DNA of 33,302 nt from a virus (taxonomy: Duplodnaviria; Caudoviricetes): IMG/VR virus record IMGVR_UViG_3300009661_000081, positions 1 through 33,302 of that record; one strand, 5' to 3'. Of this stretch, positions 25,445 to 33,302 are shown one piece after another (positions within the stretch are counted from its first letter, which is position 1; each line of letters starts with the position of its first letter). Below the pieces are notes generated by a model. The model was not told where the DNA came from. It was given only the letters and a program-made list of their open reading frames with translations, and did not search any database. A program made the translations under genes and the position numbers.

Positions 25445-25860
25445 GCGATTACACCGAATTGAAGTCTGCAATCGAGTGCATCCTGAATCAGGGCGCCCTT
25501 GAGCGTGAGTTTGTCGAAGATGCCGACTTGCTCGACGCCGCGTGGGCAGTCTACGACGCGCTCGGTCCAACCGACATCCTGGCCCTGATCGCCGAGAACG
25601 AGCAACTGACCGATTCGCGCAACGAGGCGAGAGAGAATCGGAACAAGATCGGCGACCGCTATGACCAGCTCAAGGCCGATAACGAGGCGCTACGTAAGGC
25701 TCTTGGTAGTTGCGCCGAAGAACTGTCCGCCGAAGTTATCTGCAAGCACGGCGGCCAAAAGCTCGAAGACATGCACCCAGTGACTCGTCGCCTGTACGAG
25801 CGAGATATGGCTCCTGTGATCGAAGCCCGCGCCGCAATAGGCAAGGGAGAGCTGTCATGA
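25441..25860 (+). CDS. Ead/Ea22-like coiled-coil hypothetical protein
   Basis: P..ILALIAENEQL; AGGAG SD; start MSDYTE. Confidence 0.65.
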   Translation: MSDYTELKSAIECILNQGALEREFVEDADLLDAAWAVYDALGPTDILALIAENEQLTDSRNEARENRNKIGDRYDQLKADNEALRKALGSCAEELSAEVICKHGGQKLEDMHPVTRRLYERDMAPVIEARAAIGKGELS

Positions 25861-26207
25861 GCGGAGACTCCACGAAAGATTGGGCTGAGGCCCATTGGGC
25901 GCCGCTAACTGGCGAGAAAACGGAGCTAACCCAGTTCAATATCTGGCACAACCGGCGTTTCGGCTTTGTTGATCATCGCGACGCAGCTTGTGGGAATCGC
26001 TGGCTGGTTTGGACGGCCTCTCGAGAGGCGCTGGTGATTGAGCTGCCAGTGCCATATGCCGTGGTAGGCGACTATGCAGCGTGCGGTGGAGGCCGGGTGG
26101 TTTGGGATGTCGAGTATGCGGAAAAGATAGATGACCGCATGTGCGCGAAGACACCCGTCTATGACCGGGCATCACTGGAAGCCGCAGGCGTGAGGGTGAA
26201 GCCATGA
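25857..26207 (+). CDS. Hypothetical phage protein
   Basis: ATGA coupling; W.ASREALVIELP. Confidence 0.65.
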   Translation: MSGDSTKDWAEAHWAPLTGEKTELTQFNIWHNRRFGFVDHRDAACGNRWLVWTASREALVIELPVPYAVVGDYAACGGGRVVWDVEYAEKIDDRMCAKTPVYDRASLEAAGVRVKP

Positions 26208-26674
26208 CCGATAAAATCTCCATCAACTGCCAGTCCAAGCTGACTGAAGCCATCACCCGCATGACGGCGATGTACCGCGACAAGAAGTTCGTGGTGGTCT
26301 CGCTGCGCCCGGGCAAGGACCGAACTTTGGATCAGAACGCCCTGTGGTTCGCCTTCTACAAGCGCATTGCCGAGATGACCCAGATCGGCGATGCCAGTGA
26401 TGCCCGCAAGTACTGCAAGTTGCACCACGGCGTACAGATCCTCGTCAACGAGGACGAGGATTACCGCGCGGCCTGGCATCGCACCACCAAACACCTGGGC
26501 TATGAGGAAAAGCTTGACCTGATGGGCGACTGCAAGTTGCTCGGACCGGACGGCTTCCCGGTGACCAGCCTGTTCAACCGCGCCCAGGGCATCGCGTACA
26601 CCGACCGCATTGTCGCGGACTTCAGCAGCCAAGGCGTTTATTTCGGCGACTTGATCGGGGAGAAGGCGGCATGA
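26204..26674 (+). CDS. NinB-like protein
   Basis: RTLDQNALW motif; nin position. Confidence 0.6.
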   Translation: MTDKISINCQSKLTEAITRMTAMYRDKKFVVVSLRPGKDRTLDQNALWFAFYKRIAEMTQIGDASDARKYCKLHHGVQILVNEDEDYRAAWHRTTKHLGYEEKLDLMGDCKLLGPDGFPVTSLFNRAQGIAYTDRIVADFSSQGVYFGDLIGEKAA

Positions 26675-26988
26675 GCGCTGAAATCCATCAATTCCCAGCC
26701 TCTCGGCGCCTGGAAAACCTCCGGGTGGCAGCCGAGCAGACCAAGCGCAACGAACTCGCTGAATACCTGAGGACGGTCGCAACCTGGATCCAGCGTGACG
26801 ACGTTGAGTGTGCGCCTACCGCCTTGGTGTTGGTTCTTTCTGGCAAGACTGGTGATGAGGTCGTTTGGAAAGGGTATCAGGACAACGCCGAAGTGAGTTT
26901 GAGGGATGCCGGGAATGCGGCATTTACCCAGTTCAACACTGGCTACAAGCGTCGAGGTGGAAATTTCCACGACCGGAGGAAGCCATGA
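26671..26988 (+). CDS. Hypothetical protein
   Basis: ATGA coupling. Confidence 0.65.
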   Translation: MSAEIHQFPASRRLENLRVAAEQTKRNELAEYLRTVATWIQRDDVECAPTALVLVLSGKTGDEVVWKGYQDNAEVSLRDAGNAAFTQFNTGYKRRGGNFHDRRKP

Positions 26989-27080
26989 AAGCCCTTATCA
27001 GCCGCTTCACAGTATTCATGGCCCAGGCCTACGGGCAGCCGGTCACCACTCAGGAGTATCAGTACGGGGGTGTCTTGTGA
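26985..27080 (+). CDS. 31-aa peptide
   Basis: GGAGG SD; MKALISRF...; coupled both sides. Confidence 0.45.
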   Translation: MKALISRFTVFMAQAYGQPVTTQEYQYGGVL

Positions 27081-27268
27081 GTAAGGAATCGAAACTACTC
27101 ATCTGCATGGGAGTGGTCTGCCTTGCGCTGTCCCTCACCTCAGTCTACTCCACCTACACGCGGGACAAGGCGGTGCGTGAACTGGGCGAGGCGCGCCAGG
27201 ACGTTCGCGCGGCGGTTTCCAAGTACAACGGCCTGCTGGCTGGCCGTGGCTGCGAGGTATCGGAATGA
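27077..27268 (+). CDS. Small membrane-anchored protein
   Basis: GTGA coupling; N-terminal hydrophobic segment. Confidence 0.5.
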   Translation: MSKESKLLICMGVVCLALSLTSVYSTYTRDKAVRELGEARQDVRAAVSKYNGLLAGRGCEVSE

Positions 27269-27867
27269 TCAAGCAGTCCGGCATTCAGAAGTCGCCGCCA
27301 GCACGGAAGAAGAAAACCTGCGCCAATCAAGACTGTCGCACCAGCTTCGTACCGGCGCGCCTCGGCCAGAAAGTTTGTGGTTGGGCGTGTGGCCTGGCCA
27401 TCGCTCCGGCGAATCAGGAGCGCGTGCGCAAGGCTATTGCCGAGATAGGTCGCAAAGAGCTGCGCGCAGCCAAGGAGAAGGTAAAGGCTCGCTCCCAGTA
27501 CATGAAGGAAACGCAGACCGCATTCAATGCTTGGATTCGGCAGCGTGACTTGGGCCTGCCATGCGTGAGCTGCGGGCGCCATCACAACGGCCAATGGCAC
27601 GCAGGGCACTACAGGACCGTCGGTGGAAATCCAGAGCTGCGCTTCGAGCCGCTGAACGTATGGAGACAATGTGCACCGTGCAACAACCACAAGTCCGGCG
27701 ACATCGTGAATTACCGCATCGAACTGGTGAAGCGGATCGGTGCGGACCGAGTGGAATGGCTGGAAGGTCCGCATGAAGCGAAGAAGTACACCATCGAAGA
27801 ATTGAAGGCGATGACCGCCGAATACCGGGCAAAGACCAGAGAACTGAAAAAGGGGCAGGCAGCATGA
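27265..27867 (+). CDS. ninG: NinG/Rap recombination nuclease
   Basis: FNAWIRQRD..PCVSCG, AGHYR, LRF...N...QC..CN...SG. Confidence 0.92.
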   Translation: MIKQSGIQKSPPARKKKTCANQDCRTSFVPARLGQKVCGWACGLAIAPANQERVRKAIAEIGRKELRAAKEKVKARSQYMKETQTAFNAWIRQRDLGLPCVSCGRHHNGQWHAGHYRTVGGNPELRFEPLNVWRQCAPCNNHKSGDIVNYRIELVKRIGADRVEWLEGPHEAKKYTIEELKAMTAEYRAKTRELKKGQAA

Positions 27868-28445
27868 AGATCAAATCAGCGCGCCAAGCTTGGCATGATT
27901 GCAAATACAACCCGGCCCCCGGCCAGACCTCTGATGTCGTCCAGCTCGGCGTGGTGGTGCAAAACACCGAGCGCGGCCCAACAGCAAACCATGCAGTGCA
28001 CGGCGCGCTGGCTGGGCATATCCAGTCTGCTATCGAGCGCCTGCATCCGCAGATCCGCGTTTTCGGTGACTTCATGTACGCGGCCGAGCAGAGCGACGAA
28101 ATCCGCGAGGCGGCGGAGGAGGTCGTGTTCCTGCTGGTGCAAAGCCGATCGCCCCGCATGACGGCGGCGAAGCGGGAGAAGCTGGAATATGTGGTGAAGG
28201 GGGTCATGCGCCGGTACCGGTACATTCACCAAGGCGGGCAGTCGTCCAACGAGGACCCGATGGCCAACGCCGAGAAGTTTCGCGCGTGGATGTGGCAGGT
28301 GTACGGGGTTCGCCTAGAGTCGTGTGCGTGGTCTAGAGAATGGGAGCCTTACATCCAAAGAACATTCGAGTGCTGCGAGGATCTTGATAGGATGGCGCTG
28401 AGTCCAGTTGCAGCGGCTATCTATCAGATGAACAAGGCGGCGTAA
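27864..28445 (+). CDS. Probable late antiterminator (Q-like)
   Basis: Position after ninG and before pR'/terminators; SARQAWHD N-terminus. Confidence 0.65.
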   Translation: MKIKSARQAWHDCKYNPAPGQTSDVVQLGVVVQNTERGPTANHAVHGALAGHIQSAIERLHPQIRVFGDFMYAAEQSDEIREAAEEVVFLLVQSRSPRMTAAKREKLEYVVKGVMRRYRYIHQGGQSSNEDPMANAEKFRAWMWQVYGVRLESCAWSREWEPYIQRTFECCEDLDRMALSPVAAAIYQMNKAA

Positions 28446-28448
28446 TAC

Positions 28449-29066
28449 ATGGCTGAACCAATAACTACAGTCATTGAAACCTGGGATATCGTGAAAATTG
28501 CTCTTGGCAGCGGCACCACGGCGGCGGTGGTCGGTGGGGTGTTCCAATGGCTCAGGGACTTGCACGGAAAAAAACGGGAGGAGGCTAGGAGTGCAAGGAT
28601 TGATGCGGTGCAGTTGATTGCAAAGCTTGATCTTCTGGCCATGAATTGCGCCAGGGTCTACTGGAGGTTCAATGACGAAATGGACAACTACAAAGCCAGT
28701 GCCTGGGGTAGCAATTCATATCCTTCTTGCGAGAAGCCGCACAGCGATATATCTGCTTTAGAGTTAGCGCGAATCGATCAGGAAATCGCCGCGCGCATAG
28801 CTTGGCTGGACAATGAGTTTAGGCTAGGGACCGAGATGATCAGCATGAAGCTCGGTGACAACGTACTCCCCCCAGATATCGAGGAAGCGCTCGCAGACTT
28901 GGTTGGACATTACGGGTTCCAAGCCACGAAAATCGCAGAAAGTCTAAGAACAAAGTATTCGATACCTGGTGAGGAGTTGGTTCTGAAAATGCGAGGAAGG
29001 GTTGTAAATACCGCACTGGAATCTGCTTCGGATAAGGTCCGAAAATTTTTAGTGACTGTTGATTGA
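28449..29066 (+). CDS. Moron: N-terminal TM plus helical domain, unknown function
   Basis: 205-aa AT-richer ORF between Q stop and pR'. Confidence 0.75.
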   Translation: MAEPITTVIETWDIVKIALGSGTTAAVVGGVFQWLRDLHGKKREEARSARIDAVQLIAKLDLLAMNCARVYWRFNDEMDNYKASAWGSNSYPSCEKPHSDISALELARIDQEIAARIAWLDNEFRLGTEMISMKLGDNVLPPDIEEALADLVGHYGFQATKIAESLRTKYSIPGEELVLKMRGRVVNTALESASDKVRKFLVTVD

Positions 29067-29091
29067 CTTCCCGCACGGCTGAGGGCATTAT
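29063..29091 (+). promoter_or_regulatory. Late promoter pR'
   Basis: TTGACT-17-CATTAT. Confidence 0.7.
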
Positions 29092-29130
29092 TTCCCCATA
29101 GTTAGTATTTTGCCTACGGCAACTTACTTG

Positions 29131-29205
29131 AAAAAGCCGGCCAATGAGCCGGTTTTTTTATGCCCGCCAGAAAGCAAAAAGCCCCGACACGTTCGGGGTT
29201 TTTTT
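29131..29205 (+). terminator. Two tandem intrinsic terminators (tR'-like)
   Basis: GCCGGC..GCCGGT plus T-tract; CCCCGA..TCGGGG plus T-tract. Confidence 0.85.
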
Positions 29206-29348
29206 ATGCGCGGAGAAAAGAGAGGGCGACCCCAAAGGGTGCGGTAACACCCCAGGGAGCCGCCAGATCGCAGATATAGCCTGCAAGCCAGCCAAGGCCC
29301 TCACTGCTCGCGCGAGCGGGGCGGAGCCTAGCAGAAAACCATAAGGCT

Positions 29349-29567
29349 TTGCAGATGTTGAATGATTACCGTTGTGGGCGATGCGCCAAGCTTCTCGCAA
29401 AATATTCCCTTGTAGATCAGTTACAAATTAAGTGTTCGCGGTGTGGGACGCTTAATTTCATGAAGTCCGAGAGACTCACAAACTCGCCCTTGAGCGACAC
29501 GGCCCGAACGAAATTCGGACCCATTAGCAGTGTTGCTATCGAGAATGGTTCTCGTTGCGATGTATGA
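29349..29567 (+). CDS. Mu Com-family zinc-finger regulator
   Basis: RCGRCAKLLA...QIKCSRCGTLN. Confidence 0.85.
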   Translation: MQMLNDYRCGRCAKLLAKYSLVDQLQIKCSRCGTLNFMKSERLTNSPLSDTARTKFGPISSVAIENGSRCDV

Positions 29568-29581
29568 ATCTCGGAGTTATA

Positions 29582-30490
29582 ATGGCTATTGAACTACCAC
29601 CGATCTATGTGAACGAAACAACAGGTGGCAGCACCACCTTCGGAATTGGCGACTGGGAGAGTCAGTTCGCATCTTATCCGCCTAGTGTGAGAGAGATCTT
29701 GATGATCCCATTGGCTGCGCGAGGACGCACGCTCAACGGGGAGGGAGTATGGAATGCAGCTGCAACCAATGACGCTCGTGCGACCACTATCGAAGTGTGT
29801 AAGGGTTTGAGCGGCCAATCTCTTGGCACGGTCAAGTCGCAACTATCGATACATGCTCAATTGAGTTCCTCCCTCGGTACGGATCAAGCCCTGGCTGGCG
29901 GTCCAAATGTGCTGAGCGACCAAGAAGCGGCTTATCTGTATTTGCCATATGGCCAGATGCTTCTCGCCCCTCCAAAGCCTTGGACCAGCTTCGAAGAGCA
30001 CGTCGTAGATTTTGAGGGCAATGTGTTCATGCCGATTACCGGCATTGCGTACTGGCTTTTTGGTAATGGCATCACGCGGAAGGTCGAGACTAAGGCTCTG
30101 AATCTCCATATGACTGCATCGGATTTCGGCCCCATTCAAAAGATACTGGCTGATCCTGTAGCGTACGGCCCTGGCCCTTATACGATCATTGAGCACTACG
30201 AGTATAATACGTTTGAACACGGCATCGATTTGGCTGCTGCAGGCTTGATCGGGCGCATTAATGGCACCATTTACGGTACGCTGATCATCGGGCAAGACGG
30301 TAGTTACACCTTCAGTGGTGAGTACAGCATCAACGATGATGTATACGACGCACCAACCAGTAACAGGACCTGGAAACAGGAAGCGCTGACTGACTTTCTG
30401 CGTGGTCTGGGGGACGCTTTTGGTCACACCGACTACACAATCAAATTTCTGGGCAACAAACCAGTCCAGTTCTCAGGGTATCGAAATTGA
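29582..30490 (+). CDS. Colicin M-type (lipid II-degrading) bacteriocin
   Basis: N-terminal IELPPIYV TonB-box-like; G.I.....GTL.I..DGSYTFSG; DVYD..SNR; Y.I.FLG; GGAG SD. Confidence 0.88.
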   Translation: MAIELPPIYVNETTGGSTTFGIGDWESQFASYPPSVREILMIPLAARGRTLNGEGVWNAAATNDARATTIEVCKGLSGQSLGTVKSQLSIHAQLSSSLGTDQALAGGPNVLSDQEAAYLYLPYGQMLLAPPKPWTSFEEHVVDFEGNVFMPITGIAYWLFGNGITRKVETKALNLHMTASDFGPIQKILADPVAYGPGPYTIIEHYEYNTFEHGIDLAAAGLIGRINGTIYGTLIIGQDGSYTFSGEYSINDDVYDAPTSNRTWKQEALTDFLRGLGDAFGHTDYTIKFLGNKPVQFSGYRN

Positions 30491-30789
30491 AAAGAACGTT
30501 GATCTCATTGGTATCTGGCTTGGTGGCTGCCACCAGTTTGGTAGGTTGCGGCGAAAAAAAATTAGATCCCTGCCCTGAGAAGGGCGCTGATTTTTTCAAA
30601 TCGTCCATTGCTGCTCATTACGAGAAGCAAGGCAAGCCTGACGATGCCAAAGATTTCAAGATTGTGGACGGTGCTAGCTATAACGGAAAGCTGAACTGGT
30701 GGGTGGTGCCATTCGATCTGAATGCCAAGCGCATGAATGCACTGCTCAGTTGTGATGGCAACCTTGAGCTAACTATCCCTCCGCAGTAA
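30487..30789 (+). CDS. Putative immunity lipoprotein, Cmi/YebF-like
   Basis: Lipobox LVGC; Cys pair; WVVPF...LLSCDG.LE; TTG start overlaps toxin stop. Confidence 0.75.
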   Translation: MKRTLISLVSGLVAATSLVGCGEKKLDPCPEKGADFFKSSIAAHYEKQGKPDDAKDFKIVDGASYNGKLNWWVVPFDLNAKRMNALLSCDGNLELTIPPQ

Positions 30790-30811
30790 AGCCTTGCTGC
30801 AAGGTCGTTAA

Positions 30812-30836
30812 GCCCCCGCCCTCGTGCGGGGGTTTT
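30812..30836 (+). terminator. Terminator after the bacteriocin cassette
   Basis: CCCCCGC-CCTCGT-GCGGGGG-TTTT. Confidence 0.7.
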
Positions 30837-31012
30837 CGTTTACGGAAGGTCGTGTCCAGCGGCGGACACTCGGCCTTCGGGCAGCACCAATTTCCCCAAA
30901 TCCCTCGGAACCTCTGATCGCCACGTTCAGCGAGGGCTCTTACTCCAGCAGCACCCCTTGGCCGCCTCCAACGGCCTTTTTTATTCAACATGCCCAGTAA
31001 AGAGGTCCGAGC

Positions 31013-31342
31013 ATGGAGTTTCTACATCGCCTGCTCGATAAGCTCGACTGGGTTATTGCTGGCCTGATCGGTGTAACGGCCGCCAGTTGGTGGCACAGGG
31101 AAGACCTTACAGATTGGCGCTCTTGGGTGATCTTTCTGGGAACAGGTGTTGCCTGTGCTCTCTACCTTACAGGAATGGTCAGTACCTACCTGGGCGTGAC
31201 CGAGCCCGACAGCGTGGCCGGGGTTGGCTTCTTGCTGGGAGCCTTCGGAGGCTCACTCATGACCGCCATCAATCGCGCCATCAAAACCGCCGACCTCTGG
31301 GGCTTCATTCGCCAGCGGTTCGGGGGAGGCAATCCACCATGA
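31013..31342 (+). CDS. Putative holin
   Basis: 109 aa, three hydrophobic segments, charged tail; late position. Confidence 0.75.
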   Translation: MEFLHRLLDKLDWVIAGLIGVTAASWWHREDLTDWRSWVIFLGTGVACALYLTGMVSTYLGVTEPDSVAGVGFLLGAFGGSLMTAINRAIKTADLWGFIRQRFGGGNPP

Positions 31343-31662
31343 ACATTGAATGGGTAAACGCGGGCGCCAGTGGCTTCATTGCCTTCTGGGCTACGTGGTG
31401 CGTCCTGAGCGGAAAGGTTCGCGACGGGGTGCTTGGCAAGATCATCTATTCGGTGATCGCCTTGAGCGGGTACGCGGTATTGGCCCGGTCCGAACAGCTG
31501 TTCTTCACGCCCAATGCTGCGGGAGTGACGATGCATGTCGGCCTGGCCCTTGCCGGTGCCCGCCACATTTTCATGGTCACCTACTGGCAGCGCGTGAAGA
31601 TCTGGCTATGCCGGACGCTGAACTGCGAGCACTGTCTGCGCTGCAAGAGCGGCGACAAGTAG
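31339..31662 (+). CDS. Small multi-TM protein coupled to the holin
   Basis: MNIEWV..., WCVLSGKVRDGVLGK; Cys-rich tail. Confidence 0.7.
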   Translation: MNIEWVNAGASGFIAFWATWCVLSGKVRDGVLGKIIYSVIALSGYAVLARSEQLFFTPNAAGVTMHVGLALAGARHIFMVTYWQRVKIWLCRTLNCEHCLRCKSGDK

Positions 31663-31664
31663 TC

Positions 31665-31701
31665 CGCGCCACGTTTTCAATCAACGCCATTTCGTGGCGC
31701 G
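31665..31701. repeat. 37-bp spaced palindrome CGCGCCAC-N21-GTGGCGCG, copy 2
   Basis: Read directly; TCCGCGCCACGTTTTC shared with 8044-8059. Confidence 0.85.
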
Positions 31702-31712
31702 AGGTAACTCAA

Positions 31713-31835
31713 ATGAATCTCGACTTCAGCCGGGCCTTCGTCATCGTTGGCCTGGTGTCTGCCGTTGCCGGTTGGGCGCTGATTGAGGGCGCTATCTGGA
31801 TCGGCTCGCACATCAGTATTGGCTGGCTCGCATGA
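31713..31835 (+). CDS. 40-aa hydrophobic peptide
   Basis: GAGGT SD; MNLDFSRAF... Confidence 0.55.
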   Translation: MNLDFSRAFVIVGLVSAVAGWALIEGAIWIGSHISIGWLA

Positions 31836-31966
31836 CCAAGAAGAACTGGCAGATCACCGCCCCAGGCTACAAGCCATTCCCAATGATCCTGCTGCATGAG
31901 GCTCTGGACCACGCCGAGGCCTTGGCCTTTGCCCGGACAATCTGGCCTACCTGCACAATAGAGTGA
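31832..31966 (+). CDS. 44-aa hypothetical protein (not in the ORF track)
   Basis: ATGA coupling; MTKKNWQITAPGYKPFPMILL...CTIE*. Confidence 0.55.
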   Translation: MTKKNWQITAPGYKPFPMILLHEALDHAEALAFARTIWPTCTIE

Positions 31967-31973
31967 GAGCCCC

Positions 31974-32243
31974 ATGAATGATCAAGCATGCGATCACATC
32001 CACACTCCCGACGATGGTCGAGGACTGAGACGGGTATTCATCGATGGGGTTGAGGTGAAGGATGTCTCTTACGTCGACACTCGTCTGGGGCTCGCGATTG
32101 TTGCCCGCCAGCCGCTTCGCACTTATCCCGGCACTGACTGCATTGACGAAGATCCCGTCTGGGGAGATATCAGGGTCGAGCCCATGGAGGATTCGACCGT
32201 AGCGCCAGTTCGGGCAGGTGGTGATCCTGCGGGTGTCGAGTAA
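31974..32243 (+). CDS. Hypothetical protein
   Basis: 89-aa ORF; TAATG coupling downstream. Confidence 0.65.
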   Translation: MNDQACDHIHTPDDGRGLRRVFIDGVEVKDVSYVDTRLGLAIVARQPLRTYPGTDCIDEDPVWGDIRVEPMEDSTVAPVRAGGDPAGVE

Positions 32244-32713
32244 TGACGACCATTGCCTACAAAGACGGCGTTATCGCCTATGACGGCCGCCAGACCCGAA
32301 ACGACCGCATCGTTTCTGACAGCGCACCAAAGTGCCAGGTTGTCGATGGTGTCAGCTTCTTCCTGTCGGGCGCCGTATGCGATGAGAAGGCTTTGATCGC
32401 CGCCTACTTCGGCACTCCGTCGCCAGCTCCCGTTGAGTGCTCGGGATATGTCGTTGATGGCGGCAGCCTGATGATGGTTGGTCACGACGACAAGACCGGC
32501 ATCTGGAAGCAGGAGCTTGATCCGTCCAACCCTGATGCTATTGGCAGTGGGGCCGCATATGCCCTGGCTGCAATGGACATGGGTGCAAGCGCAGAGGATG
32601 CGGTGCGCGCTGCAATGAAGCGAGATATCTACACAGGCGGAGCGATCCGCACACTGATCATTGATGATGGGAGGGCCAATGCAAAGACCACTTCCTCCGT
32701 CGTCACTGCTTGA
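32243..32713 (+). CDS. Proteasome beta / HslV-like Ntn hydrolase
   Basis: MTTIA, D.R.T, K, AIGSG..YA, D..TGG. Confidence 0.8.
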   Translation: MTTIAYKDGVIAYDGRQTRNDRIVSDSAPKCQVVDGVSFFLSGAVCDEKALIAAYFGTPSPAPVECSGYVVDGGSLMMVGHDDKTGIWKQELDPSNPDAIGSGAAYALAAMDMGASAEDAVRAAMKRDIYTGGAIRTLIIDDGRANAKTTSSVVTA

Positions 32714-33302
32714 GTTGTCCGATCTATCCGACTTCGGTATCCGCCTAACCCCGGCCCCCGAAGTGTGGGAGTGGCTCCAAGCCGAGATCCTTGCCGGCAC
32801 CGGCAGCATTCACAACCCAGACCATGCCCACCTACTGGATGCAGATATCCGGGTCATGTGGGCATCGTCGAGCTTCGAGAAGCAGGGGCGCACTGTCCTC
32901 GGCCAAGCTGAGCAAGTCATGTTCCGTGCAGGTGGGTGGCAGAAAGCTCGCCAAGAACAACAGATGCGCGACTGGTTCGGGGATATCCCGGCCTACATCA
33001 TCACCCTGGCTGCTGACTACTGCTCCCAGTGCAGCGACCTTGAGTTCTGCGCACTCATAGAGCATGAGCTTTATCACCTGGCTCACGCGACCGACAAGTA
33101 CGGTCAACCAGCATTCACCCAAGATGGCGCACCGAAGATCAAGCTGCAGGGCCACGACGTCGAAGAGTTCGTCGGTGTCGTCCGCCGCTACGGTGCAAGC
33201 CCTGACGTTCAAGCGTTGGTGGATGCTGCAAACAGTCCTGCTGAGGTGGGGAAATTGAACATTGCGAGGGCCTGCGGAACCTGTCTGCTCAAGTCGGCCT
33301 GA
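32679..33302 (+). CDS. Putative phage metallopeptidase
   Basis: EHELYH (HExxH), HDVEEF; GGAGG SD before MQRPLP. Confidence 0.8.
   Translation: MQRPLPPSSLLELSDLSDFGIRLTPAPEVWEWLQAEILAGTGSIHNPDHAHLLDADIRVMWASSSFEKQGRTVLGQAEQVMFRAGGWQKARQEQQMRDWFGDIPAYIITLAADYCSQCSDLEFCALIEHELYHLAHATDKYGQPAFTQDGAPKIKLQGHDVEEFVGVVRRYGASPDVQALVDAANSPAEVGKLNIARACGTCLLKSA

Larger units (their letters stand above)
1..33302. mobile_element. Lambdoid prophage (int through start of late region; head and tail genes lie beyond the window)
   Basis: Canonical order int-xis-exo/bet-cI/cro-O-loader-nin-Q-holin. Confidence 0.97.

Overview
Left and early half of a lambdoid temperate prophage, most likely of Pseudomonas (inferred from gene families and composition). 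The order is: integrase/excisionase; a leftward PL operon (two methyltransferases, YqaJ exonuclease plus Bet, LuxR-type HTH, HNH nuclease, many small ORFs) interrupted by three antisense AT-richer morons; an immunity region in which OL and OR (ATAAG-N4-CTTAT operators) are about 5.5 kb apart and enclose cargo (VOC protein, SRAP with a LexA-box operon, RloA/RloB AbiL-like defence pair, exported protein); cI/cro; O with an iteron origin; a DnaC-like loader; nin genes; Q; pR'; a Com + colicin-M-type bacteriocin + Cmi/YebF-like lipoprotein cassette in front of the holin; and two putative proteases. The most notable observations are the Q/Com-linked bacteriocin cassette, two matching 37-bp spaced palindromes 23.6 kb apart, a repeated covarying intergenic hairpin, a 650-nt folded non-coding block with a tRNA-like arm and a minigene, and a probable second gene nested out of frame in the C5 methyltransferase. 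All family calls come from motif recognition by eye; no database searches were run.
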